60,768 nt of DNA from Parcubacteria group bacterium. GTDB lineage: Bacteria; Patescibacteriota; Minisyncoccia; Moranbacterales; UBA2206. This document shows, piece by piece, positions 9,775 through 19,373 of the stretch. Each line of letters opens with the position of its first letter. Within the stretch, counting starts at the first letter, position 1. The notes beneath the pieces are model-generated. The model was not told where the DNA came from. It worked only from the letters and a program-made list of their open reading frames with translations, and made no database searches. A program made the position numbers and the translations under genes. The DNA lies in NCBI GenBank assembly GCA_041661275.1, contig JBAZUU010000006.1, positions 1-60,768 of the forward strand. Direction: 5' to 3'.

Positions 9775-10470
9775 ATGATTGATATATATTCAACATTTGC
9801 CAAAGATTTTATTTATTCTAATAATAATTTGATTTCCCAACGAAAAGGTGGCCCGGCTTTTTTTATTGAAAATGTTTTTAAAAAAAATGATATTAAATAT
9901 AGATTGTTTACCGGAGAGCCTATTCAAATAAAGATACAGGTAATAGAGAAAGGAGAAAGCGGAACGATAGAAAGTAAAATAATAAAAAAGGCTATTATTG
10001 AAAATAATCGAAATGATTTTATTTTGATTTCCACTATAAGTGATGAATGGATATTGAAAAGCGACTTATCAAAAGAGGGTGAAATATTTTTGGATGTTCA
10101 GGGTTATGTCAGGGCGGCGAAAGAAGACGGGTCTATTTATAAATCGATTCTTTGGAATAATATTTTTTGCATGAAAGGAACTCAGCAAGAAATTGATTTG
10201 ATACCGGAAGATATCATTGAACGTCAAAAAGATAAACTGCTAATAATAACCAATGGTAATAAGGGATGTAAAATTTTATTTAAGAAAAAGGAGCGTAGCT
10301 TTAGTCCCCAAAGAATAATAGTTGCGAAAGATACGATTGGAGCAGGGGATACCTTTTTTGCTAGCTTTATGGTTAAATTTATGCATACTAATGATATAAC
10401 AAAAAGTGGAAACTTCGCTGTCGAAGAAACAGAAAAGTTTTTAGCATCAAAAAATAATGAGCAAAATTAA
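9775..10470 (+). CDS. PfkB-family carbohydrate/nucleoside kinase
   Basis: C-terminal DTIGAGDTF signature. Confidence 0.7.
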   Translation: MIDIYSTFAKDFIYSNNNLISQRKGGPAFFIENVFKKNDIKYRLFTGEPIQIKIQVIEKGESGTIESKIIKKAIIENNRNDFILISTISDEWILKSDLSKEGEIFLDVQGYVRAAKEDGSIYKSILWNNIFCMKGTQQEIDLIPEDIIERQKDKLLIITNGNKGCKILFKKKERSFSPQRIIVAKDTIGAGDTFFASFMVKFMHTNDITKSGNFAVEETEKFLASKNNEQN

Positions 10471-11284
10471 GCAGCTATTCAAAAAAGATAGGAATATAAT
10501 TATCGGAGCAGTACATTTTCCTCCGCTTCTAGGGTATCCTGGTTTTCCAGGCTTCAAAATAGCTCTTAAGAACGCACTTTGCGATCTCAAGGCTTTTGAG
10601 AACGGTGGAGCAGACGGAATTATTTTTGAGAATAATTATGATATTCCCCATAAAACATTTGTTGATCCGGAAGTGGTTGCTTCCATGGCATATCTGGGAG
10701 AAAAAATAAGAGCCAATACGAAGTTGCCTGTTGGAATAAGCGTTTTATGGAACGATTATAAAACGGCACTATCAATTGCTAAAATTTTAGATTTGCAGTT
10801 TATAAGGATTCCGGTCTTTGTTGATAAAGTAGAAACGGATTACGGGATAATTGAGGGGGAAGCTAAAAAGGTTATTGAGTTTAGAAAATCAATAGATGCA
10901 GAAAATGTTGCCATATTTACGGATATTCACGTAAAGCATGCGAAGTTATTATCAAAATACGACATCAAGACATCGGCGAAGTTAGCTATGGAAAATAGAT
11001 CTGATGCAATTATTATTACTGGAAAGTGGACAGGGCAAAGTCCGGATATTAATGAGTTAAAAGAAATCAGAAAAACTGTCGGTGATTTTCCGATTTTGGT
11101 AGGAAGTGGCTTAGACGAAAATAATGTAATAAATCTTTTCCAATATGCTAATGGAGCTATTGCAAGTACCTCTCTAAAGGAAGGAAATAAAACAGAAGAG
11201 GTTAATGTAAAATCTTACATGCAAAGAATCGACAATAAAAAGGTCAATCTATTGGTAGCGAGCTTGATAGGAACCAGCGATTGA
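10457..11284 (+). CDS. BtpA/SgcQ-family TIM-barrel protein
   Basis: The N-terminal GAVHFPPLLGYPG region and the protein length are typical of the BtpA family. Confidence 0.65.
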   Translation: MSKIKQLFKKDRNIIIGAVHFPPLLGYPGFPGFKIALKNALCDLKAFENGGADGIIFENNYDIPHKTFVDPEVVASMAYLGEKIRANTKLPVGISVLWNDYKTALSIAKILDLQFIRIPVFVDKVETDYGIIEGEAKKVIEFRKSIDAENVAIFTDIHVKHAKLLSKYDIKTSAKLAMENRSDAIIITGKWTGQSPDINELKEIRKTVGDFPILVGSGLDENNVINLFQYANGAIASTSLKEGNKTEEVNVKSYMQRIDNKKVNLLVASLIGTSD

Positions 11285-11364
11285 CAATTATTGCATTAAA
11301 CGCTACCATAAGTAATACAAAAAGTATCAATGAACTAAACAATAACATACAGGAGGGTGTGCTT

Positions 11365-11559
11365 ATGACTCTTGAACAGGCTGAAGATTGCCAAGAAATA
11401 GTCCATTGGTGCAATGGTAACGTCAGAAAGATGCAAGAGGATGGAAAGACCCATGAGGAAATATCTCAGGCGTGTCTAAATTCTATCTGTCCCCATATCG
11501 AGGAATCATGCATTGATCCGAATGTTATCCATCGCTATGTCGGTGTATGTTTGTCCTAA
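11365..11559 (+). CDS. Small Cys-rich hypothetical protein
   Basis: ATG preceded by AGGAGGG. The longer TTG-initiated ORF from 11281 is less likely. Confidence 0.4.
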   Translation: MTLEQAEDCQEIVHWCNGNVRKMQEDGKTHEEISQACLNSICPHIEESCIDPNVIHRYVGVCLS

Positions 11560-11589
11560 GTTCTTTCTTTTTAACGAAACCCTTATTGC

Positions 11590-11666
11590 GGGCGTGTAGC
11601 TCTAATGGCTAGAGCATCGGACTCCAAATCCGAGTGTTGGGGGTTCGAATCCCTCCACGCCTGCCA
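11590..11666 (+). tRNA. trnW: tRNA-Trp (anticodon CCA)
   Basis: A manual cloverleaf fold works: acceptor GGGCGTG/CACGCCT, anticodon stem TCGGA/TCCGA with loop CTCCAAA, T-arm GGGGG-TTCGAAT-CCCTC, discriminator G, and an encoded CCA. Confidence 0.9.
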
Positions 11667-11667
11667 C

Positions 11668-11694
11668 CCTATCTTATCATAGATAGGTTTTTTT
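11668..11694 (+). terminator. Intrinsic terminator after tRNA-Trp
   Basis: CCTATCT hairpin paired with AGATAGG, followed by a T-run. Confidence 0.7.
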
Positions 11695-11785
11695 ATTTCC
11701 AGACAAATTAAAAAGCAGGTTTTGCATAATTTCTGCAAAACCTGCTCTGTCTATTTTCTGTTAATTCCAACTGCTTCTCTCCCGC

Positions 11786-13330
11786 CTAACCTTTCAGTTT
11801 GGCGACCAGTTCGTCAATTAATTCCATGGTCGTGTGGTTCATAACGACGATGTTCCAGACTGTGGATTTTTCCGAGTTGAGCGGATTCGAAAGGTCAGCA
11901 GGAAAGCCTTCGTGGACATGCGTGATATAGATATTGCGCAATGCTTCCGGTATCTCGCCTTTCACTGCGACGATGTTGATATCGTTATGAAAAGTCTGAA
12001 ACCCGGCGCTTTCCAGTCTCAGCCGAATGCCGTGAGCCATGGAAGTCAAGCGGTCGGCGAAGTGTTCGTAACCTTCCTTGCCGATTTTCTTCATGGCAGC
12101 CCAGCAACTGAGAGCTATGGTGCCCGAACGTGATCCGCAGAGAGTGCAATCGTTGCCGGGAATGTAGGGGGCGATAGACTTTACTCTCTGGAAGAGGCCG
12201 CGACGTGCCAGAATGATACCGCTACCATAAGGCGCCAGCCCCATTTTATGAACATCGATCGTGATAGAGTCGACGCGTTTATTTGAAAATCCGATTTCCG
12301 GCAACCAATCGATAAAGGGGATTACGAAGCCACCGAATGCCGCATCCACATGAAAGTGAATATTGGTTTCCGGGTACTGAGCTTTAGTTTCCTCAACGAT
12401 GTCATTCATGGCGGGGATGTTGTCTACCGAGCCGAGCATAGTCGTTCCGGCATTTCCTACCACGATTATGTTGGAAATACCTTTGTCTGCCAATTCGCGC
12501 AACTTCTGTTCAAACTGATCAAGCAGAAGATGGCCAGTGTCATCGGTACCGAGAAGGTGCAAACCATTTCCATCGGCGCCAGCTTCGATTCCTATGCCCA
12601 GTACGTTGGAGGCCTTGATCACGGAATAGTGTGTAAGGTAAGAGCAGATGATGGCGCAAGGCTTTTGCCGATGGGCGTCTCTACCCATCCAGCAACCGAC
12701 CAGATTGGCCTCGGTTCCACCGGAAGCTATGTATCCATCAACTTCTTGAGGGTCGGCATTCATGAGATCTGCGGCCATAGCGATCACTTCGCGTTCGGCA
12801 GCTTGAGTTCCGCCGAAGCCGATTTCGCAGTCGCACATGTCCTTGTTGGTATGCATGCCGATATTGTTGGGATGACGATCGAGATATTGATTGTAAACCT
12901 CGACTGCAATGGGTTCAGGGATGGTGCCGGGGAAGCCGACAATCTTGTCTTTGCCGTAGCAGATGTTCTGATCTGCAAAAGCCTGGATCTGCGCTCTGAT
13001 TTTGGTATCATCAGTCGAGCTTTGCCAGCTAGGTCTAGACTTGCTTCCGAGGCAGACCTCTGCATGTCTGTTTTCCTCGAGATTTCCGCAGGCAGGACAC
13101 TTAGCAGGAGTGGCTTCCGTGGAAATAGCACCGAACTGAGTCCCACAACTTGCGCATCTGCACTTTTCCTTGCTGATGCGTACGATGTTGCAATTTTCGC
13201 CCTTGATGACATCGTTACATTGAGGGCAACAAACGTTTCCCTTTTCATCGGGTTGTTCATCGCCGAAAGTCAAATCACAACGGGTGCAGTAAAGCCGACC
13301 AAAATTTGTTGCTTGCGCGAGCATAGTCAT
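11786..13330 (-). CDS. PLP-dependent group II decarboxylase (MfnA-like) with an N-terminal double zinc-ribbon extension
   Basis: The C-terminal ~400 aa carry HVDAAFGGFVIPF and the lysine motif DVHKMG. The N-terminal ~100 aa carry four CxxC pairs: CTRC, CPQC, CASC and CPAC. Confidence 0.8.
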   Translation of the reverse strand: MTMLAQATNFGRLYCTRCDLTFGDEQPDEKGNVCCPQCNDVIKGENCNIVRISKEKCRCASCGTQFGAISTEATPAKCPACGNLEENRHAEVCLGSKSRPSWQSSTDDTKIRAQIQAFADQNICYGKDKIVGFPGTIPEPIAVEVYNQYLDRHPNNIGMHTNKDMCDCEIGFGGTQAAEREVIAMAADLMNADPQEVDGYIASGGTEANLVGCWMGRDAHRQKPCAIICSYLTHYSVIKASNVLGIGIEAGADGNGLHLLGTDDTGHLLLDQFEQKLRELADKGISNIIVVGNAGTTMLGSVDNIPAMNDIVEETKAQYPETNIHFHVDAAFGGFVIPFIDWLPEIGFSNKRVDSITIDVHKMGLAPYGSGIILARRGLFQRVKSIAPYIPGNDCTLCGSRSGTIALSCWAAMKKIGKEGYEHFADRLTSMAHGIRLRLESAGFQTFHNDINIVAVKGEIPEALRNIYITHVHEGFPADLSNPLNSEKSTVWNIVVMNHTTMELIDELVAKLKG

Positions 13331-13645
13331 TCTCCTTTTGACAGATTTGTCGGGTTGTTTTTACGTATTTTCGCTCTATTTCGGCCTATTGGCATGAAAT
13401 GCAAAGCCTCCTTTAGATGGATTAAAAAATTAAAGAACGTAAATACTCCTTGATTTGGAGATTATAGTAATCTATGAGGGTTGTCAACTAACAAGGGTGT
13501 TTCCAAATTTGAATTGACAAAATGGATTAAATCCGCTTGAATAAGTAGAACACTGTAAATGGGCGAGTGTTGGCATATTATTGTCTCATGCCGACCTAAT
13601 AATGGATGTCAATATTACTATCATACGGAACATAGGAGGTTGACA

Positions 13646-14656
13646 GTGGAGAGACAAATCGTTCTTTCAGGTATCAGAGCAACAGGGAAATTGCACCTGG
13701 GTAATTACGTAGGTGCGCTCAAAAATTTTGTCGAGCTTTCCAGGGATGAGGCGAAGAAATGTTTCTATTTCATCGCCAATCTGCACACACTCACGACGCA
13801 TACCAATCCGTCCGAGTTGAGGGCAAGTGTCAAGGATATCGTGCGCGATTTTCTGGCATGCGGGCTTGACCCGAAAGTGGCAACGATTTATGCCCAATCC
13901 AGCGTTCCGGAAATCACTGAGTTGTCCTGGATTCTGTCGTGCATCGCGCCACTGAATCTCTTGACCATCATGCCTCACTTCAAGGAGAAGCGAGACAAGC
14001 TCAACGAATCAGGCATCACGGAGAACGCCGGACTGCTGACCTATCCGATTCTCATGGCTGCCGATATTCTTTGCGTCAAATCCGAACTGGTTCCGGTTGG
14101 CGATGATCAAGCGCCTCATGTGGAGTTCGCTCGCGAATTGGCCAAAAAGTTCAACGATATGTTCGGAGAACTGTTTCCCATGCCGAAGTTTTTCGGAGGA
14201 GCAGGACTCAGACTGCCCGGCCTTGATAATCGTGGCAAGATGAGTAAGAGCGAAGTTTCGAGCGTCATCTATTTGGATGACAGCCCTGATGCTGTATGGA
14301 AAAAGCTCAAAGTGGCGGTTACCGATCCTCAGCGGGTCAAAAGGCACGATCCGGGCAACCCAGACGTATGCAACATCTTTACGTTTCATCATGCGTTGGA
14401 AACACCGGTAGGCGACATCACGCGGATAACCAGGGAATGCAAAAGCGGGGAAATCGGATGCATCGAATGCAAGGAGATTCTGGCTAAAGTCGTCAACGAC
14501 ATTCTCCGACCGATCAATGAACGAAGAGAGCAAATCATCGGCCTCGGCGCAAGCTATATAGATGAAGTCATGCACGATGGTGGCTTGCGAGCGCGCAAGG
14601 TAATTCAGCAAACGGTGGCCGAAGCCAAGGAATTGGTGGGAGTTCCATTGTACTAA
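13646..14656 (+). CDS. trpS: Tryptophan--tRNA ligase
   Basis: It has the class I HIGH-like GKLHLGNY motif, KMSKS, and TrpRS length. The GTG start at 13646 lies 6 nt after AGGAGG. The ORF-track start at 13559 is probably too far upstream. Confidence 0.9.
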   Translation: MERQIVLSGIRATGKLHLGNYVGALKNFVELSRDEAKKCFYFIANLHTLTTHTNPSELRASVKDIVRDFLACGLDPKVATIYAQSSVPEITELSWILSCIAPLNLLTIMPHFKEKRDKLNESGITENAGLLTYPILMAADILCVKSELVPVGDDQAPHVEFARELAKKFNDMFGELFPMPKFFGGAGLRLPGLDNRGKMSKSEVSSVIYLDDSPDAVWKKLKVAVTDPQRVKRHDPGNPDVCNIFTFHHALETPVGDITRITRECKSGEIGCIECKEILAKVVNDILRPINERREQIIGLGASYIDEVMHDGGLRARKVIQQTVAEAKELVGVPLY

Positions 14657-14697
14657 TCTGGCATTGATTCAAACAATTTTGAAAACAATCCAACCCC

Positions 14698-14727
14698 AGC
14701 CGGTTCATCGAGACCGGCTGTTTTTTT
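14698..14727 (+). terminator. Intrinsic terminator after trpS
   Basis: AGCCGGT hairpin paired with ACCGGCT, followed by TTTTTTT. Confidence 0.75.
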
Positions 14728-14832
14728 ATCAATAAATAAAGAACTACAATAGAAAGAAACTTCCATTTTAGTAGTATTTCTAGGGAGTAATTTATATCTC
14801 AAATAAGCAATAAACCAAAATTTACCGACAAT

Positions 14833-15183
14833 CACCTCCTTTCTAGGGAGAATTTGATAGCTACCGAGAAATGCACTCTAGTAAAAGTTATAGTTGTCAT
14901 CAACTATGATGGAGAGCATTGGTAGTTATCCGCTGGTCGACTGTTAGCAATAACAGAACAGCTAAGTCGAACGGAGCTAAATAATTCCGTAGCCGTGTTT
15001 TTATACAAGGAACACGCATTGATTCAGCAATGAATCACTCAGAATAGACTCTAAAAGGACTCTGGCAACGGTAGGTTGTCAGCCCTAATCTCGCAAGGGA
15101 TTGGGGAATCGCAATAGGTTGTGATACTTATTTACTTTGCTGAACGCATTTCTGCGAAAACACCTTAAATGGTGTTTTTTGCG
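14833..15183 (+). ncRNA. 16S 3' tail plus structured trailer RNA, copy B (no 16S body upstream)
   Basis: It shares the CACCTCCTTTCTAGGGAG core and helix pattern and has an extra insertion inside the GGACT...AATCGCAATAGGTTGTGAT block. Terminator: AACACCTTAAATGGTGTTTTTT. Confidence 0.6.
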
Positions 15184-15238
15184 TGGCTTTGACAGGAAAT
15201 GAGTCAATTCCAGGGAGGGTTTTTCAGCAATTTTATAT

Positions 15239-15268
15239 ACTCCGTTCCCCACTCCGCCATCATTGACT
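15239..15268 (+). promoter_or_regulatory. Second copy of the ACTCCGTTCCCC...TTGACT motif
   Basis: ACTCCGTTCCCCACTCCGCCATCATTGACT lies downstream of trailer copy B and is followed by TATATC. Confidence 0.45.
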
Positions 15269-15342
15269 TTCTGTCGCTTTGCCTATATCATTGAAAATCA
15301 ACAGGATGGTAACTTAACAGTAAAATATATAGGAGGCTCACA

Positions 15343-15747
15343 ATGAAACCAGTGTATAGAATAATGGGGTGGTCTCGCAGAAGTGACATAAGCCTTGGCA
15401 GTTGCGTTTTCTCGGTTGAACTTGACGCACGATTTGCCGAGAAAGCCAGAAATTTTCATTTTGAAAACCAGCACAGATTTGAAGAGCATATCCGAGAAAT
15501 CATCGGATATAAATATGCTCGTGCTACGTTTCTCGATGACACGGCTTTTCTGAGGTCAATGGCTGTTGAGGGAAACTGTGCCTGTCTCGGAGTAAGTGGC
15601 AACATCTTGGATTCAGATTGGAGTGGCACAGATGTTATCACATACAATGGTCACAATGTGGACAGCAAGGCCCAGGCATTTGACCTACTGACAATTTTCA
15701 CCTACTGGGTTGATATTGTTGAGGCATTGACTCACGATGCAAAGTAA
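15343..15747 (+). CDS. Hypothetical protein
   Basis: Intact ORF preceded by AGGAGG, in a stretch that looks more GC-rich than its surroundings. Confidence 0.5.
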   Translation: MKPVYRIMGWSRRSDISLGSCVFSVELDARFAEKARNFHFENQHRFEEHIREIIGYKYARATFLDDTAFLRSMAVEGNCACLGVSGNILDSDWSGTDVITYNGHNVDSKAQAFDLLTIFTYWVDIVEALTHDAK

Positions 15748-15771
15748 ACCGAAAAACCTGAAAGGAGGCAA

Positions 15772-16197
15772 GTGATGGACAAGGTAGTCAAGATGGTTCT
15801 TAAGAGTTTTGAGGCAAACAGGGAAATGGCTGAAGGAGCCATCCGTGACCGAAAAGCAGAAATGCAGGGTCACAAACACGGACTTTTCTGTTTCGGCTGG
15901 CGTTACTGCCGAAAGATGGAAAAGGCAGTAGCGGAAACCGAAGAAAGAATCAAGGAATACAAAGAGGTCGAAAAAGGTCTTGCGGAGGGGAAATACGACA
16001 AGGCGATTGAACTTCTTGGTCGCATTTCAGGGCAGATTGAGGAGACGCCCTGGCAGATTGCGATGCGTGTTGCGAATACCCCTCCTACGCTGGAGAGTAT
16101 CCTCAACAGTCCCACTTCAACTGCCCATAGAATGAAACAGGCGAGGGATTATCTCGCCAGTCTTCAGACTAAAGGTGGTGTTCCGCAAACCAGTTAA
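15772..16197 (+). CDS. Hypothetical protein
   Basis: Intact ORF preceded by AGGAGG, followed by a hairpin terminator near 16225-16260. Confidence 0.5.
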   Translation: MMDKVVKMVLKSFEANREMAEGAIRDRKAEMQGHKHGLFCFGWRYCRKMEKAVAETEERIKEYKEVEKGLAEGKYDKAIELLGRISGQIEETPWQIAMRVANTPPTLESILNSPTSTAHRMKQARDYLASLQTKGGVPQTS

Positions 16198-16317
16198 GGC
16201 TTTTCAGCGAAACGCTAAAGCTACACAAGGGGCAGGCTCAAAAAGTCTGTCCCTGTTTTATTTTATAAATCGTAATTTTCGGCTATAATTAAGGCATAAC
16301 AAACTAACATTAAAAAT

Positions 16318-17628
16318 ATGCCAAATTTTGAGAATCCGTCCATTAACAAGATTTTTGAAAACAGGAAGGATTTTATTCCTGAAGTCGGAAAGAAACTTGA
16401 GGAAGAAACAAATGTCGCAGTAGAAATTAACGGAGAAAAATTGAATGTTGATTACAGAGTTATTTCAGTCGAATCTCAGGAAAACAAGGATGGGGATGCA
16501 GTTGTGGTATTGCCTGGGTTTGGTTCAGGATGGGAGGGAATTTCAGAACTGGGATTTTCACTAGCTTGCGAGGGTAGAAAAGTAATTATGCCTTCACTCC
16601 CTGGATACAGTAATTCGGATAATCCGTCTGAAAATTATTACAAGACCAATAACTTTGATAATGAAGCCGAAGTTATCAATCAGCTTGTTAGTCAAATATG
16701 ATTAAAAGAAGGGACAAAAGTTCATCTTGTCGGACATTCTATGGGTAGTGAAATTATGGCGACTTTTGCACAAAAATATCCAGATAAAGTTTCCAGTTTG
16801 GTTTTACTGAATCCAGCAGGAGTTAATGATAAAGAAAATAAATTTTCACTTGGTGGAAGATTTGTCGGTTCTGGAATAAAAACTTCAGCCGAATATAGTA
16901 TCCGTTCCGCTTTTTCAGGTGAAAAGGATTATGAAAAGGAAATATGGAAGAGTATTCCTAAAACTGAAAGTCCCTTTGCGAAAAGCAGAGGCTCTCAAAG
17001 ATTATCGGAGGTAAGCAGGCTATCAGAAGGACATTTATTGGAAAAGATAAAAGATACAAAATGTCCCATTACTTACATTTCTGGACAGATGGATACGGTT
17101 TATCCTCCAGGCGAGGAAGGCGATGAAAATTCGCAGTTAGCTAGAGTAATCGAAAGCGTGAAAGATAAAACTAGGATTGAGAAGAGTGTAATGGCAGGAC
17201 TTCGTCACAATACCACTATTGCTCCTGATGAAATTACTGCAGCCAACATTGAACATTATTTGGAAAAAGCAGAAATTAAAAATGAAAGGGAGAATATAAA
17301 GAAAATGATTATAGCTTTAGCGAAAGAACTTAGTGAAATAAAGGAGAGTCTTCCTTTTTCTGGGATTGACCCTGAAAGCTATCCAAAATTAAAAGCCAAT
17401 GATGTGGAACTGGAAGGTCTCTGCACGCCAATAGATGATTTGATTCAAAGATTTGAAAAAGAAGGTATAAAAGTAGTTTTTGGAAATGACCCTGAAAGTG
17501 GCAACGTCTTTATTTTACCTTTTGGTAGCAATGATGTTGAAAGCGACAGCGTCTTTCCTAAGCATTTGCAAATTGATGAATCTATGGACAGCAGGCTCAA
17601 AGAACTAATCTTAGTAAGCAAGAGCTGA
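16318..17628 (+). pseudogene. Alpha/beta hydrolase with a C-terminal extension, interrupted by a single in-frame TGA (16699-16701)
   Basis: ORFs 16318-16701 and 16741-17628 are in the same frame. Read through the TGA, the sequence is VSQI*LKEGTKVHLVGHSMGS, which restores the GHSMG nucleophile elbow. Confidence 0.7.
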
Positions 17629-17656
17629 TTCCTCCGCTTTTTACTATGGCGGACAA

Positions 17657-18658
17657 TTGTGTGAAAATAAAAATATGGAGAAGAAAAAGAAATTAAGTAT
17701 TATTATCGGACTGGCTTTGGCTATAATCGCAAGCCTGTTTTTTGCGAACCGCTTGCTTTTCAGTGCACCGCAATCACAGGAAGAAAAGAAAGTCTTTATT
17801 GTTAACCGCAATCAAACTGATACGCAGACTTTGGATAAAATAAAAACCCAAGGACTTATCAGAAATAAAACAGCTTTCAGAATAGTCTTATTTCTCAAGC
17901 ATAAAGAAATTGAATCTGGCGGTTACAATATTTCCAAAAATATGAGTGCGTGGCAAATTGCTGATAAACTCACTTCCGCTCCTGATATGAAGTGGGTGGT
18001 GATTCCAGAAGGACTAAGAAAAGAACAGATTGGGGAAAAACTGGCGGAGACATTCGGCTGGAACGATGAAGAACTGGATAAATGGAATACGGAATATACC
18101 AAAATGAGGATAGATTATATTGAGGGCACATATTTTCCGGATACTTACCTCATACCGGTTTCGGACAGCGAATTGGATATGGCCAACCGAATGACCAGAA
18201 ATTTCGATGAAAAATTCGCGCCTTATGTCACCCAGTTTGCCCAGCAAAATATCAAATGGACGACCGGGCTCAAACTAGCTTCCATTATTCAGCGGGAAGC
18301 CGGAGGGAAAGACGATATGCCTCTGATTGCTGGAATACTATGGAACAGGCTGAATAGTGATATGAATCTGGAAATCGATGCCACTGTCCAGTATGCCCGG
18401 GGAAATACTGGAGCGGGTTGGTGGGCGCCAGTTACGGCTGATGATATCAGAACTATCGACTCGCCATATAATACTTACAAAAACAAGGGATTGCCGCCTT
18501 ATCCGATCGACAACCCGGGCCTGGACGCGATTGAAGCTGTTCTGCATCCGGCTGAAACCGATTGCCTGTATTATCTCCATGACCGCGACAGGCAAATCCA
18601 TTGCGCTAAAACGTTGGAAGAGCATCAGGCAAATATTGAGCAATATCTCAAAAATTGA
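17657..18658 (+). CDS. mltG: Endolytic murein transglycosylase MltG (YceG family)
   Basis: It has an N-terminal TM helix and a YceG core with ASIIQREAGG and ILWNRL. An alternative ATG start lies at 17675. Confidence 0.85.
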   Translation: MCENKNMEKKKKLSIIIGLALAIIASLFFANRLLFSAPQSQEEKKVFIVNRNQTDTQTLDKIKTQGLIRNKTAFRIVLFLKHKEIESGGYNISKNMSAWQIADKLTSAPDMKWVVIPEGLRKEQIGEKLAETFGWNDEELDKWNTEYTKMRIDYIEGTYFPDTYLIPVSDSELDMANRMTRNFDEKFAPYVTQFAQQNIKWTTGLKLASIIQREAGGKDDMPLIAGILWNRLNSDMNLEIDATVQYARGNTGAGWWAPVTADDIRTIDSPYNTYKNKGLPPYPIDNPGLDAIEAVLHPAETDCLYYLHDRDRQIHCAKTLEEHQANIEQYLKN

Positions 18659-18759
18659 ATCGTATCGACCGTCCAACAATCTTATCGACAGACCCGTGTA
18701 TACTCTGGCAATACGCGGGATTTTTTTATCGACTTGACAGCTTTTTCAATAGGTATATT

Positions 18760-18779
18760 ATTCTAATATAAATTAGAAT
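18760..18779. promoter_or_regulatory. Palindromic operator (ArsR/SmtB type) overlapping the promoter
   Basis: ATTCTAAT-ATAA-ATTAGAAT lies downstream of TTGACA (18734). An identical copy lies at 32283. Confidence 0.6.
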
Positions 18780-18788
18780 AGTAATTTT

Positions 18789-19097
18789 ATGGAATTCAAA
18801 TGCTGCGCTAAAAAATCCAAAGAAGTGGAAGATGTCGGCAAGACATACCTTTTTCTTCGCGCTATCGCTGATCCGAACAGACTGAAAATTCTCTGCGTTC
18901 TTGGGAGTGGTTCGAAATGTGTTTGCGAAATAGTCCCTGCGGTGGGAATATCCGACAAGCTAGCTTCCCATCATCTCAAACAATTGAAAAATATCGGTCT
19001 TCTGACCGAAAAGAGAGAGGGAAATTTCATCCGTTACAATTTGAATAAAAAAACCATCAGGGAATATAAAAAAATTTTCAATCAAGTAATCAAATAA
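18789..19097 (+). CDS. ArsR/SmtB-family metal-sensing transcriptional repressor
   Basis: It has the LRAIADPNRLKIL wHTH region and a CVCE metal-site motif. Confidence 0.85.
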   Translation: MEFKCCAKKSKEVEDVGKTYLFLRAIADPNRLKILCVLGSGSKCVCEIVPAVGISDKLASHHLKQLKNIGLLTEKREGNFIRYNLNKKTIREYKKIFNQVIK

Positions 19098-19117
19098 TTA
19101 TTAACACGCTAAAAAAT

Positions 19118-19351
19118 ATGGTCATCAAAATTTTAGGTTCCGGTTGTCCCAATTGTCAACGACTGGAAGCCAACACCAAACAAGCTTTGGCTGAATTGAA
19201 AATTGAAGCCCAAGTGGAAAAAGTCACCGAAATCCAAGACATCATGAGCTATGGCGTCATGGGAACGCCGGCCTTAGTGATCGATGAAAAAGTGGAAACA
19301 ACTGGAAGAATACCAGATGTTTCTGAAATAAAAACCATTCTTACCAAATAA
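19118..19351 (+). CDS. Thioredoxin-fold protein (redox-active disulfide protein 2 family)
   Basis: It has the KILGSGCPNCQ motif and is ~77 aa long. Confidence 0.8.
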   Translation: MVIKILGSGCPNCQRLEANTKQALAELKIEAQVEKVTEIQDIMSYGVMGTPALVIDEKVETTGRIPDVSEIKTILTK

Positions 19352-19373
19352 TCATTAAAACAAAAACAATTAT

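Noticed and set aside
12350-13453. 367 aa + strand ORF and other antisense ORFs (11834-12133, 12784-13260)
   Set aside because: They are antisense to the decarboxylase gene, whose translation carries clear PLP-decarboxylase motifs. The antisense translations are low-complexity. Long shadow ORFs of this kind are common in stretches that look relatively GC-rich.
16699-16701. Possibility that UGA is reassigned (genetic code 25 or 4) in this organism
   Set aside because: Most long ORFs are intact under the standard code, and several well-supported genes end at TGA (for example 5405-5407 and 17626-17628). A single internal TGA is better explained by a mutation, a sequencing error or local read-through.
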